DNA of 64,000 nucleotides. Source: Thermotogota bacterium. Lineage in GTDB: Bacteria > Thermotogota > Thermotogae > MWEM01. The DNA lies in the NCBI GenBank assembly GCA_035447925.1, contig DAOTHY010000001.1:201004-265003 (forward strand), given 5' to 3'. The notes below the pieces were generated by a model. That model saw only the letters and a list, made by a program, of their open reading frames with translations. It was not told the origin of the DNA and did no database searches. Shown here piece by piece: positions 46,424 through 56,565 of the stretch. Numbering within the stretch: the first letter of the stretch is position 1; each line of letters starts with the position of its first letter. The position numbers and the translations under genes were made by a program.

Positions 46424-47686
46424 ATGAGAAAATTTATGCTCGTCGTTTTAACCGTGTTGTTTGCCACAATGATGTTTTCACAAACCATTAAAGTATTGGC
46501 TTGGGATGATGCCCATTCCCAATCCTGGAATGCTTTGGTGAGTGAGTTTGAAAAAGCTACGGGAATCAAAGTAGACCTTGAATTGATTCCTTCTGGTTCA
46601 ATGCTTCAAAAAACATCGTTAAATGTTACAGAGAACAAAGCAAATTATGATTTGGTGGCTATTGATGAAGGCAACGTTGCCAAATTTGGAGATTTGTTAC
46701 TGCCTTATTCACAATGGCCGGCTGGGAAAGTATTTCCTAAGGTTGGAACAACAGATATTCCAGCAGCAATCTTTGCAGCAGCTGAATGGGACGGAAAGCT
46801 GGTTGGTATACCAAATAACGGAAACATGTATATTTGGATGACCAGAGAAGACCTCATCAACGATGAGACAAACAAAACTGAATTCTATAATCAATTTGGT
46901 TATGAACTTCAAGTTCCTCAAACCTTGGATCAGTTAATGAATATGTGTGTCTTTTTTGAACCCAAGGGTATATTTGGTTTTGCCCCATTCACTGCTTCAA
47001 GCGAGGGTGCAACCTGTGAAGCGGTTATGTTTTTTGAGTCTTTTGGAACCAGCGTACTTGAAATGGAAAAAGGAAATTATAAAGTCTCTCTGGACAGGGA
47101 TAAGGCCTTACAAGCCATTCGGTTCTATAAGGAATTGATGTCTTTTTCACCAGAAGGTGCTTTAAGCATGGGGCATGCCGAGAGAATCGCTGCTTTTAGT
47201 GATGGACTTGTTCTGTCCATGTTCCAATGGCCGGGGATTGTTCCTTCCCATGAAAACGAAGACGAATCAATGGTAGCGGGCCAGATCATTTACAGTGCAC
47301 CTCCTGCCGGACCGATCGCTAGAACAGCTGTCAGAGGCTGCTGGATTTTCGGTATTCCAAAGGCTTCCAGTAATCAGGCAGCGGCTGCAGAATTTGCTTA
47401 CTGGGTCAATAATTATGAAGTGGGATTGAAACTTGCAAAATTGGGAATGACACCTGTAAGAACCGATTTACTAAATGAACTATCAAACGAAAAACCTTGG
47501 TACACTGGAATGGCTGAAGCAGGTCAGTTCGCCGTCAGTAGGCCAAACCGATCAGTTCATTATCCTGAACTTTCAGAAGTTATTAAGAATAACTGGCTAG
47601 GTGCCGTAACTAACAGAATGACTCCAGAGCAAGCTGTCGATAACATGATTAAAGAGTTAACAGAACTGTTGGAGACCTATGAATAA
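46424..47686 (+). CDS. Carbohydrate ABC transporter (CUT1) substrate-binding protein
   Basis: Signal peptide; EFEKATGIKV, GKLVGIP, REDL, GCWIFGIP. Confidence 0.88.
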   Translation: MRKFMLVVLTVLFATMMFSQTIKVLAWDDAHSQSWNALVSEFEKATGIKVDLELIPSGSMLQKTSLNVTENKANYDLVAIDEGNVAKFGDLLLPYSQWPAGKVFPKVGTTDIPAAIFAAAEWDGKLVGIPNNGNMYIWMTREDLINDETNKTEFYNQFGYELQVPQTLDQLMNMCVFFEPKGIFGFAPFTASSEGATCEAVMFFESFGTSVLEMEKGNYKVSLDRDKALQAIRFYKELMSFSPEGALSMGHAERIAAFSDGLVLSMFQWPGIVPSHENEDESMVAGQIIYSAPPAGPIARTAVRGCWIFGIPKASSNQAAAAEFAYWVNNYEVGLKLAKLGMTPVRTDLLNELSNEKPWYTGMAEAGQFAVSRPNRSVHYPELSEVIKNNWLGAVTNRMTPEQAVDNMIKELTELLETYE

Positions 47687-48584
47687 AAGTACCAATATGA
47701 AAAGGCTTCCCCTTCGTAAGAAGAGGGGGCCTTTTTTATACTTTATTCTCCCAGCTGCATTGCTGGTTGGTGTTGTACTTGTTTTCCCTATTATATACGG
47801 TTTTGGCCTTTCTTTTTTTCATTGGCCTCAAGTAAATGATGGGACAAGATCTTTTATTCAGTTTAAGAACTATCTGGATCTGTTCAAAGATCAAGAATTT
47901 TGGCACTCTTTATTTTTACAGTTGGGTTTTATTTTTATCGCCATTCCAATTGAACTGATTATTGGATTTTTTGTGGCGATTCTTTTCAACCACGATTTCC
48001 CTTTTTCTGGTTTTTTAAGAACCCTATTGCTTTTACCCGTTTTTATCCTACCTATATTATCCGGGTTGACCTGGAAACTCATGTTGCAGCCCAGATATGG
48101 CGCCATTACTTATTTGCTATCGGTATTCGGAATGGAATTTCCTCAAGGAATCCTTTCAGATCAATCTTTGGCTTATACAGCCGTGGTTATTCAGGATATC
48201 TGGAGGATGTGGCCTTTCATGTTCATGATATTGTATGCCGGTATTACCAGCTTGCCAAAGGATGTGATTGAAGCAGCCGAGATAGACGGAGCTGGTTTCT
48301 TAAAAAAAACTTTTGCTATCACTTTGCCTATGCTTAGGGGAACCATCACTACCGCTATCCTTCTTAGAACAATCGATGCGTTAAGAATCTTCTCCGAAGT
48401 TTTCGTTATGACCGGAGGAGGGCCCGGAAATGGAACGATGCTGTTTTCGCTTTACATTCATAAACAAGCTTTTGAGTTTGGAAAACTGGGTTATGCATCG
48501 GCAATGGCTGTAATTTTGATTGTCATTTCTTTATTCTTCGCTTTTGGGTTAGTCAGAAAAAACATGGATATCGATACGATGTAG
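47679..48584 (+). CDS. Carbohydrate ABC transporter permease
   Basis: EAAEIDGA EAA loop, RTIDALRIFSEV, GYASA. Confidence 0.92.
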   Translation: MNKSTNMKRLPLRKKRGPFLYFILPAALLVGVVLVFPIIYGFGLSFFHWPQVNDGTRSFIQFKNYLDLFKDQEFWHSLFLQLGFIFIAIPIELIIGFFVAILFNHDFPFSGFLRTLLLLPVFILPILSGLTWKLMLQPRYGAITYLLSVFGMEFPQGILSDQSLAYTAVVIQDIWRMWPFMFMILYAGITSLPKDVIEAAEIDGAGFLKKTFAITLPMLRGTITTAILLRTIDALRIFSEVFVMTGGGPGNGTMLFSLYIHKQAFEFGKLGYASAMAVILIVISLFFAFGLVRKNMDIDTM

Positions 48585-48596
48585 TGTGGGGTGTAG

Positions 48597-49430
48597 ATGA
48601 TGAAAATGAAAAAGAGAAAAAAAATAATAAAATGGATTGTTTTTCTATCAGCACTAATCATTGTGCTTGTGGAATTGTTCCCTATTTGGATCATTGTGTC
48701 AAGTGGTTTTAAGAGGGATTTAGATATAAGAAACAATAATCCTTTTGATTTCAAAGCCACCCTTAAAAGCTATGAGCTTGTTTTTCAGAAAAGTGACTTC
48801 GTTCCATCGATCAGAAATTCGCTGATTGTTGGGTTGTCATCCACTATTATTTCATTGATTTTTGGTTCAATGGCATCCTACGGAATTGCGCGTTTTAGAT
48901 TTAAAGGCAGAAAAGGTCTGTCGTATTCATTTTTGGTGTCCAGAATGGTTCCGCAAATTGCACTCTCAGTTCCTATTTTTATTTTATTTGACCGTCTTTC
49001 TTTAACCGACACTCATATAGCATTAATTCTGGCTTATACCAGTTTTAATTTACCGTATATTATCTGGCTTTTGCTGCCGTTTTTCAGTTCTGTATCCCCT
49101 TCGTTTGAGGAAGCGGCGTTAGTGGATGGATGTAATAAACGACAAGTATTTTGGAGAATTTTTCTTCCCTTAACCGCTCCAGGTCTTGTTGTTGCTTCGA
49201 TTTTCGGATTTATTATGGCTTGGAATGAATATATCTATGCTCTCATTTTAACGGGTAATGCCACCAAAACAGCACCTATTGCTGTTAATGGATTTATGGG
49301 ACAGTATGCACCAAAATGGGGGCAACTTGCTGCGTCGGGAACTCTGATATTGATCCCGATCGTTATATTTACACTAACTTTACAGAAATATATTATAAAA
49401 GGACTGACAGCCGGTGGTGTTAAAGGATGA
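48597..49430 (+). CDS. Carbohydrate ABC transporter permease
   Basis: EEAALVDGC, AWNEY, GLTAGGVKG. Confidence 0.92.
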   Translation: MMKMKKRKKIIKWIVFLSALIIVLVELFPIWIIVSSGFKRDLDIRNNNPFDFKATLKSYELVFQKSDFVPSIRNSLIVGLSSTIISLIFGSMASYGIARFRFKGRKGLSYSFLVSRMVPQIALSVPIFILFDRLSLTDTHIALILAYTSFNLPYIIWLLLPFFSSVSPSFEEAALVDGCNKRQVFWRIFLPLTAPGLVVASIFGFIMAWNEYIYALILTGNATKTAPIAVNGFMGQYAPKWGQLAASGTLILIPIVIFTLTLQKYIIKGLTAGGVKG

Positions 49431-50243
49431 TTATTTTAAATAAATTGTGGGTTTGATGTATTTAAAATTTTGTTTCAAGTTTATCAGGCTTTCCGAATGA
49501 CCAATAATAAAGATTCCTGAAGCGACCAATGAATGAAAAAAACGATTAACAAGTGATTCTCGGACCGGTTCACTAAAGTAAATCATGACATTTCGGCAGA
49601 AGATGATGTCAAAATCTTTTTTAAATTTGAAGTTTTTCGTGAGGTTAAAGCTTCGAAAAGTGATGAATTGTTTCAAACCCGGATTGATTTGAAACCCATT
49701 CAAATCCTTTTTGAAGTATTTACTCAAATAATAAGGGGGGAGTTCATTTTTAATCGTGTAGGGGTATATTCCTTTTATTGCAGTTAAAAGGCTTTCGGTA
49801 CTAATATCTGTTGCCAGTATTTTCGGATAAATATCAGGAAATGTTTCTCTGAAAAACATTGCTAAAGTATAGGGTTCCTCTCCGGATGAACAACCTGCAC
49901 TCCAGATTCTGATTTCTTTATTCAACAGTATTCTTCGATTTCTTTGTGCCATGGTGGGTAAATAATCTTTCAAGAAAGAAAAGTGTTGGTTTTCCCTGAA
50001 AAAGTCTGTTTTATGTGTTGTTATTTTGTGGACAAAAGAATTCCATTGTTCCGTATCTTCATTCGTTTTTAAAAAGTCCAGAAGATCGTTATAAGTGTCA
50101 ATTTCATTCATTCTCATGAAACTGTCAATTTTTGACTGCAACATTTGCCGTTTATTCATTTTGCATTCCATACCAAGGCGTTTGCTAAGATAATCCGTAA
50201 ATTCAGCGTATATCTTTTCTGTAAACTGCTGTTTATAAGGCAT
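49431..50243 (-). CDS. cheR: Chemotaxis protein-glutamate O-methyltransferase
   Basis: TTHKTDFFRE, IWSAGCSSGEEPY, ATDIS, DIIFCRNVMIYF, GHSES. Confidence 0.95.
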   Translation of the reverse strand: MPYKQQFTEKIYAEFTDYLSKRLGMECKMNKRQMLQSKIDSFMRMNEIDTYNDLLDFLKTNEDTEQWNSFVHKITTHKTDFFRENQHFSFLKDYLPTMAQRNRRILLNKEIRIWSAGCSSGEEPYTLAMFFRETFPDIYPKILATDISTESLLTAIKGIYPYTIKNELPPYYLSKYFKKDLNGFQINPGLKQFITFRSFNLTKNFKFKKDFDIIFCRNVMIYFSEPVRESLVNRFFHSLVASGIFIIGHSESLINLKQNFKYIKPTIYLK

Positions 50244-51295
50244 TATAACCCCTCCAGATATCTAAAAAGAGATGTGGGAATTTCTTTTAGATCTAATATT
50301 TTTTGAGCTGCCTGAAGTTTAATTGCCTCTTTTGGCATACCAAAAACAATTGAACTTTTTTCATCTTGTGCTATGGTATGAGCTCCATTGTTTTTCATGT
50401 TCAGAAGACCTTTTGCACCATCTGCACCCATACCGGTTAAAATAATACCCACAGCATCATTTTTGGCGTATTTGGCTACCGAATCAAATAAAATCTCAAC
50501 AGCGGGTTTTTGATGGTGAACAAGCGGACCATCAAAGACTCTCGTATAATAAAAAGCTCCCTTTTTAATAACCTCAAGATGTTTGCCACCAGGGGCTAAA
50601 AAAGCTGTTCCATTTACGAGCTGTTCGCCTCCTTGAGCTTCCACAACGTGCAATCTTGAAATTTCATTCAGGCGGGCAGCAAACTGCGTAGTGAAATTTT
50701 CCGGCATGTGTTGAACCATTACAATGGGGGGGAATTTCTCAGGCAATTTCGCCATAATCTTTCTGATCGCATGAGTACCCCCGGTCGACGCTCCAATGGC
50801 GATAATGGGTTTTGACATCAAATAATCTTTAGGATTTTCAGGAGTTTGTACTGCAGTTATTCGCCGGTTCTTTAATAGTCTTAATTGTGTAGCACTTAAT
50901 CTGGAAGAAGTTCTGATTAAATCTGCGATTGTATCTTTTATTTCAGCTAAATTTGTTTGTTGTGCAGGTTTTGCTACTACACCTACAGCACCTAAATCAT
51001 AGGCTTTATATTCGTATTTGGATCTGCCTTTTGCCAAGGAGCTGAATATGATAACCGGCATTGGCTTAGATTTCATTAGTTTTTCCAGAAAAGTCAGTCC
51101 ATCCATTCGAGGCATTTCGATGTCAAGAATGACAACATCCGGATTGAGATAGACAATTTTATCTCTTCCTTCGTAAGCATCTGCCGCTTCACCTATGATT
51201 TCAATATCTGGTTCGGAATGCAACATTTCTGTTACTGCACGGCGTATTAATTTAGAATCATCGATAATTAAAACCTTAATCTTTTTTTCCATCAT
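50243..51295 (-). CDS. cheB: Chemotaxis response regulator methylesterase
   Basis: Receiver IIDDS...LDIEMP; esterase GASTGG, VQHMP, LTGMGADG. Confidence 0.96.
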   Translation of the reverse strand: MMEKKIKVLIIDDSKLIRRAVTEMLHSEPDIEIIGEAADAYEGRDKIVYLNPDVVILDIEMPRMDGLTFLEKLMKSKPMPVIIFSSLAKGRSKYEYKAYDLGAVGVVAKPAQQTNLAEIKDTIADLIRTSSRLSATQLRLLKNRRITAVQTPENPKDYLMSKPIIAIGASTGGTHAIRKIMAKLPEKFPPIVMVQHMPENFTTQFAARLNEISRLHVVEAQGGEQLVNGTAFLAPGGKHLEVIKKGAFYYTRVFDGPLVHHQKPAVEILFDSVAKYAKNDAVGIILTGMGADGAKGLLNMKNNGAHTIAQDEKSSIVFGMPKEAIKLQAAQKILDLKEIPTSLFRYLEGL

Positions 51296-51780
51296 TCTTC
51301 GTACCAATCCGAATCTCGAATCTTTTTTAGTTTATAAACCAACAATTCGCCATTTTCGGTGTTAAAAACAATTTTGCGACCAAGAGCTCCACCAGTATCT
51401 TTGGAATCAATCTGATAATGATTGCTTTTGAGCCAGTGTAAGGCAAACTCAACATTTAAAGGACCGACGCTTGATTTCATGGTCTCGTTCGAAGACCCAC
51501 CCAGTAAATGAATTTCAAGATTATTACGGTCAGATTTAATCTTTTTCATCAGATAGAATAGGTAGGGAATGGAGACGTTTCCATACCTTCCATTGGGCTT
51601 GTTTTCAGCAGATGGTAAAACATAATGATTCATGCCTCCACAATGGTTGAACTTATCCCAAATCGCTATGGCAACACATGATCCTAAAACGGTATGAATA
51701 TAATATGGTTCTTGACTAACAAAAACGTAACCTGGATGAAGGAAATAACTGTTACCGTTCTCGCCAAATTTTGTCTCCAA
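51292..51780 (-). CDS. cheD: Chemoreceptor glutamine deamidase
   Basis: TVLGSCVA (Cys), GGMNHYVLP (His), DTGG..GRK; TTG start. Confidence 0.92.
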   Translation of the reverse strand: METKFGENGNSYFLHPGYVFVSQEPYYIHTVLGSCVAIAIWDKFNHCGGMNHYVLPSAENKPNGRYGNVSIPYLFYLMKKIKSDRNNLEIHLLGGSSNETMKSSVGPLNVEFALHWLKSNHYQIDSKDTGGALGRKIVFNTENGELLVYKLKKIRDSDWYEE

Positions 51781-51923
51781 AAATACCACCCTACTTTCTA
51801 TCGATGAACCTTCTCATTCGTTACATTTACTTTTTATATCTATGATTTTATCACACAGCTAAAACAAAATACAATATTTAGAATGCAAGTAAAAAAAACA
51901 AACCTCCGAAAAGAATTGATTAT

Positions 51924-53009
51924 TTAATAAGGAATAATGAGAAGTCTTGGTTCTTTTCCGGTTTCAAATACACAGGCAACGATTTTCGAATAAATATCTG
52001 AAAAAAAGGGATAAAAAATGTCTGCATTTTTAGTCTCGAAGACGAGCTGGTAGTCTGACGGAACATTTTCAAAAGAGACCTTTTGTTTATAAATGCCATA
52101 ATTGCCGGTTTTGTTAGATGAAAAAATACTGTTTATCTGACTTTGAAAGATCACATCAACTTCGTTGTATTCTGTATCAGTCAAGCGGATTAGTTTTAAA
52201 TCTTCAACGTTGTAAAGAAATAGATCGTATTGAATCCTATCCAGCAAACTGACAATTAGGTTATTGTCTATTAAATCGAAGGATTGGATTGGGTATTCAA
52301 AGATAAATTGATTGATGATTTCCCCTTTAGCGTTCAATTGAAACACCCCGTTTTTCTCAGAGTAATATAAAAATCCTTTATTACTTCTCAAACAGGTTAA
52401 ATCTCCCCTGATTAACTCTGAATACAGTCCACTGGATAAATCGTAAGACATGATGGCAAAGCCATCTTCCACTGCCATGAGAAAGAACAAGGTATCATCT
52501 AACAACACTGGGAAATAGTCTCCGGTTTCTGGAATAATCACGTGCCTTTCTTGATAATTCAACAGATTAAGGATAACAGGATTTCTGTTGCCAGTCTTTT
52601 TATCACTGATATAAACAAGATATTCTCCCTTAGCGTCTATGAAAGGGTATTCGTATACAGCATTTATGACATCAATAATCGTGGTGTTTTTAGAATTTAT
52701 ATCCATTAAACTCGTTATGATTGACAATTGTTCTTCAACGTTTAAAAAGAAACTGACAATTTTTTCGGTTGTAAAATCATCTGCCTCTTTTAGGGTTAAT
52801 CGGTTAACAAGTTGCTTCATATATTTTACTTCTATTGCTATGGGATTTTCATAACTTAAGACAGTAATGCCGGAAAACAACGATTCCAATCGGGATGAAC
52901 GGCTTGATATGATAGACTCTAAATGATCAATACGGCCTTGAACAACCGCTTCAGAAAAGCCCAGAGTTGATAATGCCAAAAGTAAAAATGTAATTACTTT
53001 TTTTAACAT
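51924..53009 (-). CDS. Secreted hypothetical protein with TolB/PD40-like beta-propeller repeats
   Basis: Signal peptide MLKKVITFLLLAL; repeated YPF/YFP...L-x-F/Y-x-S units, RLTD, FSSNKTGNYGIY. Confidence 0.6.
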   Translation of the reverse strand: MLKKVITFLLLALSTLGFSEAVVQGRIDHLESIISSRSSRLESLFSGITVLSYENPIAIEVKYMKQLVNRLTLKEADDFTTEKIVSFFLNVEEQLSIITSLMDINSKNTTIIDVINAVYEYPFIDAKGEYLVYISDKKTGNRNPVILNLLNYQERHVIIPETGDYFPVLLDDTLFFLMAVEDGFAIMSYDLSSGLYSELIRGDLTCLRSNKGFLYYSEKNGVFQLNAKGEIINQFIFEYPIQSFDLIDNNLIVSLLDRIQYDLFLYNVEDLKLIRLTDTEYNEVDVIFQSQINSIFSSNKTGNYGIYKQKVSFENVPSDYQLVFETKNADIFYPFFSDIYSKIVACVFETGKEPRLLIIPY

Positions 53010-54427
53010 GTATGGATTTTGATCATATTCGTCGTACCAGATTTTCCCCATGGAATACCAGCGGTGATAAGGATCTTTTCACGTTTTCTCACAAGTCCGA
53101 TTTCTAACAGTTTCGCCACCCCTTTGATAATCATTTCATCTGTATTTTCAGTTTCGGGTATCAGAACTGGTGTAACACCACCGACTAACGAAAGGTTGTA
53201 ATAGGTTTCAATACTGGGTGTAATGCCGATTAGATTTGCATCAGGTTTAAAACTGGAAACAATTCTTGCTGTTAATCCGGTGACAGTGGATGTCACAATG
53301 ATATTGATTCCAAGTTGCCGACATATTGCCTTGCAGGATTTAGCAATGGCTCCCTCGTCGGTCGTGATATGCTCATCTCGAATATAATCTTCTGTTTTCT
53401 TATTATAAATTAACTCGTTTAACTCCTCTTCGGTTTTTTTTGCTATTCGATCCATTACTTGAACGGCATTCACCGGGTGCTTACCCACTGTTGTTTCCCC
53501 GGAAAGCATGACTGCATCTGTACCATCAATAATGGCGTTTGCAATATCGGTGGCTTCGGCTCTTGTCGGTCTTGGGTTTTCGATCATGGACTCTAACATC
53601 TGAGTGGCGGTAATGACGGGTTTGTTTTGAGCGTTTGACATTTGAATAATCAGTTTTTGTGCCACAGGTACTTCTTCCGTGGGAATTTCAACACCAAGAT
53701 CTCCCCTTGCCACCATGATTCCGTCTGCTTTATAAATAATGCTTCTTAAATGTTGCATTGCTTGTTTGGTTTCAATTTTTGCAATAATGGGTATTTTTGT
53801 TTTGTATTTCAATTGAACTTCTCGGCACAGATCAATATCATCGGGTGTACGCACGAAGGATTGGGCAAAATAATCCACTCCTTCTTTTGCACCCAATTTG
53901 ATGTATTCTTTATCCTTTTCTGTTAATGGAGGAAGCCCAATGTTTACACCAGGCACGTTGATTCCCTTGTTATTAGAAATAATGCCGGTATTAAGAACCT
54001 TAGTTCTGATCATGTTTTCTTCTCTTTCAATGACTTTTAGTCCGATTAGACCATCATAAAGAAGTATCAGGTCTCCTTGCCTGACATCTTTTGCAAGATT
54101 TCGATAACTAATCGAGCATCTTTGATCATCCCCAAGTATTTCATCTGTGAGCAGTGTAAATTCTTGCCCCTCTTTCAGTTCAACTTCTTGTGATTTAAAT
54201 TTGCCAGTTCTAATTTTGGGCCCCTCAAGATCCAGTAAAATTCCCAACGGCATTTGCAAATCATTACGTATCTTTTTGATCCGATGGATCACTTTTAGAT
54301 GATCTTCAGGTGCTTCATGGGATGTATTTAGCCGGAAAACATTGACTCCAGCCTTGATTAACTCTTTGAGCATGGCTTCTTCTCTTGAAGCCGGCCCAAG
54401 TGTGGCAACAATTTTTGTTCTTCTCAT
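53003..54427 (-). CDS. pyk: Pyruvate kinase
   Basis: RRTKIVATLGP, FRLNTSH, AKIET, MVARGDLG, TQMLESM, PTRAE, DAVMLSGET. Confidence 0.97.
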   Translation of the reverse strand: MRRTKIVATLGPASREEAMLKELIKAGVNVFRLNTSHEAPEDHLKVIHRIKKIRNDLQMPLGILLDLEGPKIRTGKFKSQEVELKEGQEFTLLTDEILGDDQRCSISYRNLAKDVRQGDLILLYDGLIGLKVIEREENMIRTKVLNTGIISNNKGINVPGVNIGLPPLTEKDKEYIKLGAKEGVDYFAQSFVRTPDDIDLCREVQLKYKTKIPIIAKIETKQAMQHLRSIIYKADGIMVARGDLGVEIPTEEVPVAQKLIIQMSNAQNKPVITATQMLESMIENPRPTRAEATDIANAIIDGTDAVMLSGETTVGKHPVNAVQVMDRIAKKTEEELNELIYNKKTEDYIRDEHITTDEGAIAKSCKAICRQLGINIIVTSTVTGLTARIVSSFKPDANLIGITPSIETYYNLSLVGGVTPVLIPETENTDEMIIKGVAKLLEIGLVRKREKILITAGIPWGKSGTTNMIKIHTC

Positions 54428-54447
54428 GTATGGTTCACCACCATATC

Positions 54448-55413
54448 TTAAGATAAAATGTAGGACAGCTGATATAAATCCATGTTGAGCGGTTTCTTTT
54501 TACCCAGCATTTCTTCATAGGGAACTCTTGCCATGCTATTTGCCTGTAATCCGATCATCTTCCCAAAATCTCCTTCTAAAATCGCTTTAACAGCGTGCAA
54601 TCCCATTCGAGTTGATAAAATACGATCAAAAGCGGATGGACTGCCTCCCCTTTGCACATGCCCTAAGATGGTGATACGGGTTTCGTAACCAATCTTGTGT
54701 TCCAAATGCCTCGAAACGGTGTAAGCGCTTGCTGCACCCTCTGCAACGATGATAATGCTGTTGATTTTGCCCCTTTTTCTTTCCTCAAGTAGTCTATCTG
54801 AAAGCTTATCGTAATCAACAGGCACTTCGGGGATGATGGCTGCTTCAGAGCCGGTTATAATAGCTGACATTAGAGCGATATATCCGTTTTCTCTCCCCAT
54901 CACTTCAACAATAAATGCCCTTTCATGGGAAGTTGCCGTATCTTTAAGTTTTTGAATGGCATCCATCGTGGTATTAAGACACGTATCCACACCGATACAC
55001 ATATCTGTTCCATATATATCGTTATCAATGCTTCCCGGAATACCAATAGTGGGGATGCCATGATCTGCATCAAGAAATGCAGCGCCGTGTAAACTGCCGT
55101 CCCCGCCTATAACTACAAGTGCTTCAATTTCATGTTTTTTTAAGATTTCTGCTGCTTCGTTCCGGACATCCGCTACTTTGAATTCTGGACATCTGGCTGT
55201 TCTGAGTACAGTTCCGCCTTTTTCCATAATTCCGGATACATCACGATATTCTAATTTTTGAATCTCTTCATCCAATAAACCGGCATATCCTCTATAGATG
55301 CCATAGACTTCCAAGCCGCTTTTGATACCGTATCGCACAATTGCTCTTACCGCTGCATTCATTCCTGGTGAATCGCCACCACTTGTTAAAACACCTATTC
55401 GCTTGATTGCCAT
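54448..55413 (-). CDS. pfkA: ATP-dependent 6-phosphofructokinase
   Basis: [34 protein letters not shown]. Confidence 0.96.
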   Translation of the reverse strand: MAIKRIGVLTSGGDSPGMNAAVRAIVRYGIKSGLEVYGIYRGYAGLLDEEIQKLEYRDVSGIMEKGGTVLRTARCPEFKVADVRNEAAEILKKHEIEALVVIGGDGSLHGAAFLDADHGIPTIGIPGSIDNDIYGTDMCIGVDTCLNTTMDAIQKLKDTATSHERAFIVEVMGRENGYIALMSAIITGSEAAIIPEVPVDYDKLSDRLLEERKRGKINSIIIVAEGAASAYTVSRHLEHKIGYETRITILGHVQRGGSPSAFDRILSTRMGLHAVKAILEGDFGKMIGLQANSMARVPYEEMLGKKKPLNMDLYQLSYILS

Positions 55414-55414
55414 A

Positions 55415-55903
55415 TTAATAAACCTCCTGATTGGTTTGATTGATATTTCTTCTTGCTTGCTTTGCAGAAGAAAGTACAATTTCTTCAAGGTCTTCAATTC
55501 TATTGTTTTTGAAAAGTGAAACCAAATCGATTAATATCATGACTTTTTCTTTAACAAAAAAGGACACGGTGTCTTGAATTCCCAAAGCACCGACTAAATA
55601 AATGACAAAATCCTCTCTTTCCAATTCCAACTCCTTGCTCGAAAGATTAAGAGCCTTTGCCGATCTTTGCTTCAAATGTTTGATTTCATCGTTTTTTTGT
55701 TTAATTTTGTCTAAAAAAGGTCTTTTGGTTTGTGTTAATATCTTTTCAATCTTGTGAGTGTCTAATTCGAGGGTTTTCGTGTAACCACTCATAAAGTCTC
55801 TGTTTTCAAAACAGTATTGTTTCCAAAAGGTTAGCCAATCGGCTTGGTCGTGTTGAAGGATACAAAAAAAATCCTGTGATTTTTCCCTTAAAATGCTACG
55901 CAA
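55415..55903 (-). CDS. Hypothetical protein
   Basis: 162 aa ORF with GAGGTG SD, tightly packed in the operon. Confidence 0.6.
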   Translation of the reverse strand: MRSILREKSQDFFCILQHDQADWLTFWKQYCFENRDFMSGYTKTLELDTHKIEKILTQTKRPFLDKIKQKNDEIKHLKQRSAKALNLSSKELELEREDFVIYLVGALGIQDTVSFFVKEKVMILIDLVSLFKNNRIEDLEEIVLSSAKQARRNINQTNQEVY

Positions 55904-55913
55904 AACACACCTC

Positions 55914-56531
55914 TCAACTATATTTTCTTTTAAATAGTCCTAAAACCAAATCCACTTCACCTTTACCGATTCCAAGTTGTTTTGCAATTTCAATCGCCTC
56001 AAGCCCTTCAGAGGACAAATTCATAATTTTGTGCTCCAAAGAACTTGTTTTTAAATCAGGAGGATTGATGAATTCTTCTTCAAATGTAAAATGATCCACT
56101 TTATCTTTGAAAGAAGATTCTTTTTCATTAACAGGTTCTTCAATCTCTTCTTGGAGAATATTGGAGATGTCATTAGGATAAGCTTTTTTTTGAAATAATT
56201 CAGATTGTTCCAGAATTGGTTCTTTCATTGAATCAATCTTGCTTAAAACCTTTGTAGCATCTGACGCAACGGCTGATAGTTTAAAATACATTTCATTGGC
56301 CGACCTCAATACTTTATTCATTTCTTCTATCTTATTCTCCATGGCAGTTAATCTCGTTGCTGAAATGTGTTGGAACTTACTGATCAGCTCTAGAACCCTG
56401 TCTTCAAACGCCGATAAGTCGATTTCCATTTCATTATTCTTTTTATTTGATTTCTTTAAAAAGATAACACTAAAAATGACTATTACCACCAGTGTGAGTA
56501 ATGTCACCGCTATGATAATAAATTCAGACAT
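55914..56531 (-). CDS. Hypothetical membrane-anchored coiled-coil protein with C-terminal HTH-like motif
   Basis: N-terminal TM; C-terminal IEIAKQLGIGKGEVDLVL. Confidence 0.7.
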   Translation of the reverse strand: MSEFIIIAVTLLTLVVIVIFSVIFLKKSNKKNNEMEIDLSAFEDRVLELISKFQHISATRLTAMENKIEEMNKVLRSANEMYFKLSAVASDATKVLSKIDSMKEPILEQSELFQKKAYPNDISNILQEEIEEPVNEKESSFKDKVDHFTFEEEFINPPDLKTSSLEHKIMNLSSEGLEAIEIAKQLGIGKGEVDLVLGLFKRKYS

Positions 56532-56565
56532 CAGAATGACTAGTGCCCCTTAATTTTAGGATAGA

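Noticed and set aside
51790-51850. Sigma28 promoter for cheD-cheB-cheR
   Set aside because: Only a partial TCGATA match with a poor -35; an extended sigma70 -10 (TGATAAAAT) fits at least as well
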